A stretch of 64,000 nt of DNA from Squalus acanthias. Its lineage: Eukaryota. The stretch covers positions 11,968,001 through 12,032,000 of the forward strand of contig CM059433.1 in assembly GCA_030390025.1 (NCBI GenBank), in the 5' to 3' direction. The notes below the pieces were generated by a model, which did not search any database, was not told the origin of the DNA, and was given only the letters and a program-made list of their open reading frames with translations. This document shows, one piece after another, positions 61,540-64,000 of this stretch (position 1 is its first letter; each line of letters opens with the position of its first letter). A program made the translations under genes and the position numbers.

Positions 61540-64000
61540 AGTGAAAACGCTGGAAACACTCTGTCAAGAAAACACGTCAGTTGATGTTTCAGGTATAAAC
61601 CCTTCCTCAGAACTGGAAGAAATTACAGATGAACAGTGTTTAAAAAGGAATAAGTGAAGGGAAAAATAAACACACAATAAAATATATAGAATGATGTGTA
61701 AAGTGCTAAATTAGGGATTAGAAAATGGTTAAAAGGTGGAAGTGATCTATGCGGAGAACAAAAGGAGGCATAATGAGAGAAATCAAAGAAATAAAAGACA
61801 TATACAAGACACTGAGAGTGTGAGAAGAGTTAAAAGGGACATGAAAGTAGAATGGGAAGCATGAAAAACTGGCAAAATGGAACAGGCTTCAGCAGCCCAG
61901 GAGTCAAAGAATCATACAGCACAGAAGGAGGTCATTTGGCCTATCATGCTCTTGCCGGCTCTTTGAGAGAGCTATCCAATTAATCCTACTCCCCTGCTCT
62001 TGCCCCATAGCCCTGATTTTTTTTCCTATTCATCTATATATCCACTTCCCTTTTGAAAGTTACTATTGAATCTACTTCCACCACCCTTTCAGGCAGTGCA
62101 TTCCAGATCATAACAACTTGCTGCATATAAAAATGTCTCCTCATCTCCCCCCTGGTTATTTTGCCAATTATCTTAAATCTGTGTCCTCTGGTTATTGACC
62201 CTCCTACCAGTTGAAACAGTTTCTTCCTATCTACTCTATCAAAACCAAACCATTTAACCATTTTCTAGTCCCTAAAATCATAATTTTGAACACCTCTATT
62301 AAACCTCCCCGTAACCTTTTCTGGTCCAGGGAGAACAGTTCCAGCCTCTCTAGTCTCCCCCATAACTGAAGTCCCTCATCCCTGGTACCATTCTGGTAAA
62401 TCTCCTCTGCAGCCTCTCCAAGGCCTTAGCATCCTTCTTAAAGTCTGGTGCCCAGAATTGAACACAATACTCCAACTGAGACCTAGCCAGTGATTTATAA
62501 AGGTTTAGCAGAACGTTTGTACTCTATGCTTCTATTTATGAAGCCTAGAATCCTGTATCCCTTTTTAACAGCTTGGTGGAAGAAAATACTAGATCAGCAC
62601 TAAGGGTGCAGACTCACCAACGCAGTGTCCCTAACCCTAGTATCAACCTGCTCACATCCCCCATCATTGCCAGCACAAAATTGGGAGCTATAGTTAAGGT
62701 TTGAACTTAGAGGAAGTATGTGTAAATTGCTGTCTCACACAGAAGGAGTGTTTGAGAACTTGGACAGTGGTATGGAATCTGGTGAATGGGCAAGTGTTGC
62801 ATCTCTTGCAGTTTCATGGAAAGTTGCTGGGGAAAGAACAGCAGGTAGTGGGGGTGATAGAAGAGTGAACCAGGGTGCCACGGCGGGATCAGTCCCTTCG
62901 GAATGCTGACAGGGGAGGGGTGGGAAAGATGTGTTTGGTGGTGGGATTGCGTTGGAAGTGGCAGAAGATGATTTATTGAATGCAGAGGCTGGTGAGGTAG
63001 GTGGTAAGGGCAATGAGGACCCAATCACAGTTCTCACAGAATCACAGAATCCCCACAGTGCAGATAGAGGCCATTTCGGCCCATCGAGCCTGCACCGACA
63101 CATATCCCGCCCTATCCCCGCGTATTTAATCCCCCTAACACTAAGGGTCAATTTTTATCATAGCCAAATCAACCTAACCCACACATCTTTGGACTGTGGG
63201 AGGAAACCGGAGCACCCGGAGGAAACCCACGCAGACACAGGGAGAATGTGCAAACTCCACACAGACAGTCACCCGATGCCGGATTCGAACCCGGGTCCCT
63301 GGCGCTGTGAGGCAACAGTGCTAACCACTATGCCAACGTGTTCTGAGGGGGAAGAAGGCGTGAGGGCAGAAGGATGGGAAATGGGATGGACTCGGTTGAG
63401 GCTCCTATCAAGTATGGTGCAGGAGTATCCTTACTTGAGGAAAAAGGAGAACAATTTGGAAGCTCTAGTGTGGAAGATGGATTCATCAGAGCAGATGCGA
63501 TGGAATGGAGGGCCCAATTCTGAGGATTGAGGAGTAGAGAGACTACATCCATAGTGAAATGGAGATTGCTAAGGCCGGAAAACTGGGAGAAAGTTCTCTA
63601 GATCAAGAGCAGGAACGAGTATCGATACCGTCATCAGTGTAATGGAAAAAGAGATCAGGGTGGGGACCTCAGTAGGACTGGAACAAAGAGTGTTCAACAT
63701 ATCCTATAAGAAGACAGATATAGCTTCACACTTCATCTAGCCTCAACCTGTCACATTACCACCTCCTCTTGCCTTGAATATCTCTTAATGCTCAATGTCT
63801 CTTAATCTCTCCTGCTTTTTATCCTACCACTGACCTTCCCATTTGTTCTTTCATCCCCTCCACCTTTTCCCAGCATTATACTTGCTTTAAATCTATTTCA
63901 TTTCCTGCTTTTTTCCAGTTCTGACGGAAGGTCTTTGACCTGAAACGCTAACTCTGTTTCTCTCTCCACGGATGCTGCCTGGCCTGCTGAGTTTTTCCAG
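61540..64000. mobile_element. Fragmented Penelope-like sequence with nested CR1 piece (~61910-62575) and V-SINE; inverted terminus at window end
   Basis: Similarity to 45080-46490; terminus copies at ~61545-61615 (-) and ~63915-64000 (+). Confidence 0.65.
63035..63338 (-). mobile_element. V-SINE with a different tail, nested in a Penelope-like element
   Basis: Same head and V-domain; tail ends in TTCTGTGA repeats. Confidence 0.8.

Noticed and set aside
58500..64000. Divergent RNASEH1 expected from human synteny
   Set aside because: No recognisable exons; the region is almost all transposon fragments.

Overview
Repeat-rich vertebrate genomic DNA, most likely a cartilaginous fish (shark-type V-SINE/HE1, Deu-domain SINEs, CR1 and Penelope-like repeats; inference). 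Two complete intron-containing genes lie on the minus strand in the order seen in human: RPS7 (TCT/TOP-type start ~58397, 6 coding exons, 194 aa, stop 47919) followed by COLEC11 (putative non-coding exon ~23400, 6 coding exons, 271 aa, stop 1299). Most of the remainder is transposon-derived, and most ORFs in the supplied track are repeat artefacts. Most interesting: (1) short Penelope-derived insertions with 11-16 bp target-site duplications, a fixed 3' end and a minimal hammerhead ribozyme motif; (2) a decayed U17/SNORA73 snoRNA relic in the last RPS7 intron; (3) a 101-bp-arm inverted repeat in RPS7 intron 3; (4) a covarying 17-bp palindrome kept in three diverged MITE copies; (5) minisatellites born in LINEs and one in RPS7 intron 1. 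Family names and comparisons with human/reference sequences come from my recollection, not database searches; repeat boundaries are approximate unless a TSD/TIR is quoted.
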